A DNA stretch of 63,996 nucleotides, filler included, from Trypethelium eluteriae (Eukaryota): the NCBI GenBank assembly GCA_051942245.1. It is 3 parts of 3 records of this genome, joined end to end, with 100 filler letters (N's around TTAATTAATTAA, not from the genome) between each part and the next. Parts side by side here need not be neighbours in the genome. Positions count along the whole stretch, not along the records: positions 45,210 to 63,996 come from JAVECL010000549.1; 2 more parts are not named here. One strand, given 5' to 3'. Positions 61,819 through 63,996 of the stretch are shown piece after piece. How positions within the stretch are numbered: position 1 is the stretch's first letter; each line of letters begins with the position of its first letter. Made by a program: the position numbers and the translations under genes. Under the pieces are notes generated by a model, which had not been told where the DNA came from, searched no databases, and saw only the letters and a program-made list of their open reading frames with translations.

Positions 61819-63273
61819 ATGGCTCCCATACAAAAGGAATGTGACTACCTTGTGATAGGCGGGGGTAGTGGTGGGCTTGCATCCGCCAGGAGGGCGAGCG
61901 GCATGTATGGGGCCAAGACAATCACGATTGAGAGCCAGAGGCTTGGAGGAACTTGCGTTAACGTTGGGTATGTTGTCTCCACTCACCAAATCTCCGCCCT
62001 TCCTGTCATATTAACACCCTTCAGCTGCGTCCCTAAGAAAATCACCTGGAATGCCGCCACAATCGCTGAGACGATCCACGAAGCTAAATCCTATGGCTTC
62101 ACCGTTGAACAAACCAAGCCCTTCGACTGGACCACCTTCAAACACAAGCGCGACGCTTACATCAAACGCCTCAACGGGATCTACGAGTCAAATCTCCACA
62201 AAGACAAGGTCGAATACATCCACGGCCGCGCCCATTTCCTCTCCCCCAAATCCGTCGAAGTCAAGCTCGACGACGGCACCCTCCAAAACATCAACGCGAA
62301 GAAGATCCTCATCGCCGTCGGCGGCCACCCCAGCATCCCCGACGTCCCCGGCGCCGAGCTAGGCATCGACTCGGATGGGTTCTTCGAGCTCGAAAGGCAA
62401 CCCAAGCGCGTCGCCATCGTCGGCGCGGGCTACATCGCCGTCGAGATGGCGGGCATGTTCCACCACCTCGGCACCGAGACGCACCTCTTCATCCGGCAGG
62501 ACAAGTTCCTCCGCAGCTTCGACCCCATGATCCAGGACAAGGTGCTGGAGGAGTACGAGCGCCAGGGCCTGCACGTCCACAAGCGCTCGTCTCAGCAGTC
62601 CGTCACGGATCTTGGGAACGGGTGGAAGAAGCTCGCGTACACGGATGCGGGGGGCAAGGGCGAGTTGGAGATCGACTGTCTGCTGTGGGCTATTGGGCGT
62701 GCACCGGAGGTGGAGGACTTGGGGTTGGATAAGACGGGGGTGAAGTTGGATAAGAAAGGGCATGTGCCAGTGGATGAATATCAGAATACGAACGTGGATA
62801 ACATTTACGCATTGGGAGATGTGTGTGATCGTGGCTTTGAGCTTACGCCTGTTGCGATCGCGGCTGGACGTCGCTTATCCGACCGTCTCTTTGGTGGTCA
62901 ATCGTCCGCAAAGCTCGAATACGATGATATTCCGTCAGTGGTGTTTGCGCATCCCGAGGTGGGAACCATTGGCTTGACGGAGCCGGCAGCGCGAGAGAAG
63001 TTTGGAGATGAGAATGTGAAATGCTATAATACGACTTTCATGGACCTATACTTTACTATGATGGATGCGGATGGCAAAAGCCCGACGAATTATAAGTTGG
63101 TATGTGTGGGCAAGGAAGAGAAGGTTGTGGGCCTCCATATCATGGGGTTGGGCAGTTCGGAGATTTTGCAGGGGTTCGGAGTGGCGATCAAGATGGGAGC
63201 GACAAAGAAAGATTTCGACAGATGTGTGGCAATTCACCCAACAAGTGCAGAGGAGCTGGTGACTTTGAAATAG
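61819..63273 (+). CDS. GLR1: Glutathione reductase; upstream in-frame mitochondrial-presequence-like extension from 61696
   Basis: Exons 61819-61967 and 62025-63273. [20 protein letters not shown] (after splicing), [18 protein letters not shown] and AIHPTSAEE. Confidence 0.96.
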   Translation: MAPIQKECDYLVIGGGSGGLASARRASGMYGAKTITIESQRLGGTCVNVGYVVSTHQISALPVILTPFSCVPKKITWNAATIAETIHEAKSYGFTVEQTKPFDWTTFKHKRDAYIKRLNGIYESNLHKDKVEYIHGRAHFLSPKSVEVKLDDGTLQNINAKKILIAVGGHPSIPDVPGAELGIDSDGFFELERQPKRVAIVGAGYIAVEMAGMFHHLGTETHLFIRQDKFLRSFDPMIQDKVLEEYERQGLHVHKRSSQQSVTDLGNGWKKLAYTDAGGKGELEIDCLLWAIGRAPEVEDLGLDKTGVKLDKKGHVPVDEYQNTNVDNIYALGDVCDRGFELTPVAIAAGRRLSDRLFGGQSSAKLEYDDIPSVVFAHPEVGTIGLTEPAAREKFGDENVKCYNTTFMDLYFTMMDADGKSPTNYKLVCVGKEEKVVGLHIMGLGSSEILQGFGVAIKMGATKKDFDRCVAIHPTSAEELVTLK

Positions 63274-63588
63274 AATGGTGGAAGAAAGAGTTTAAGGGGA
63301 CTGGCAGCGAGGTTGGAGAGGCTTAGAGCCGTGATGTTCAAGGCTTTCAATAGACTGCGACACCATTGGTTTCGATTGTACAGTTCTTTGAGGGAAAAAG
63401 TTCAAGTTCGAGTTTAGTCTCGCTCTGGTCTCATCATAACTATATATAGTAAAGATGCCTTGACTGTGCCGACTTCATCTTCATCCATGGGTCATCGTTG
63501 TTCTGGTTCATTTGTTATACGGACGCAACACCATCCCTTTACCGCAGCTTCTGCTGTATGATTCCGCACGCTAGGGATGCATCAAAGC

Positions 63589-63996
63589 TCACTCATAGAT
63601 TCCATTCGTGAACTTTTCAGAGTCGAAGAAGCGTGCTCGGACAGGATTGTTATTGAAAGTCCAGCCGTCGAGGGCATTTACCGCCTGGATCATGGTTAGC
63701 TCCTCTCGTGCAGCGACGATACATTCGGCAGGAATGACTTACATTCAGCGCCGAGACCTGATCAGTAAACTTGACAAAGACCGGAATCTCGCCCTGCGCG
63801 TACTGGTCAATGTAGACCCGCTCAACGCGTCCATACTACCACGAACACTCTGATCAGCACATATACACAGTATCGTTTTGCCGTTGTGTCAACAACTCAC
63901 CTTCTCTACACTGCGCCCAATATCCATCATCAATTCTCCCTCCCTCATCTCCTTCGCGACATCCAACCCGGCCACCATCCCCCGCAAGACCACAAC
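63589..63996 (-). CDS. SPF45: 3' part of splicing factor SPF45/RBM17 (DRT111-like), UHM domain; gene continues beyond the window
   Basis: Exons 63996-63901, 63835-63743, 63684-63589 translate to VVVLRGMV...IGRSVEK/YGRVERVYID...VFVKFTDQVSALN/AVNALDGWTFNNNPVRARFFDSEKF...*. Not in the ORF track. Confidence 0.85.

Noticed and set aside
1..63996. tRNA, rRNA, CRISPR arrays, autonomous transposons
   Set aside because: None recognised by eye; covariance-model searches were not possible.

Overview
Intron-containing filamentous ascomycete genomic DNA with about 20 protein-coding genes and two 100-nt assembly gaps carrying an artificial TTAATTAATTAA linker. The left arm holds a small Cys-rich protein, a ~1316-aa secreted Ser/Thr-rich protein, a LAMTOR1/Ego1-like protein, a P450, a zinc-finger/FAD-oxidoreductase-like fusion, an old yellow enzyme family oxidoreductase, PRM10 and a C2H2 transcription factor. 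The centre (~27.8-44.7 kb) is a putative secondary-metabolite cluster around an intact 6-methylsalicylic acid synthase-type PKS. It includes an EthD-family pseudogene, a Zn2Cys6 regulator, a P450, a carboxylesterase and an unknown membrane protein, but no 6-MSA decarboxylase is visible. The right arm is mostly housekeeping: AFG1-like ATPase, STS1, MTR4, COX VIIc, ELP1, GLR1 and the 3' end of SPF45. It also holds a 171-bp fully palindromic, TA-flanked MITE-like element. Recurrent C-rich to G-rich compositional flips occur inside genes and at the gaps. All exon models were derived by hand from splice signals and reading frame; no database searches were run.
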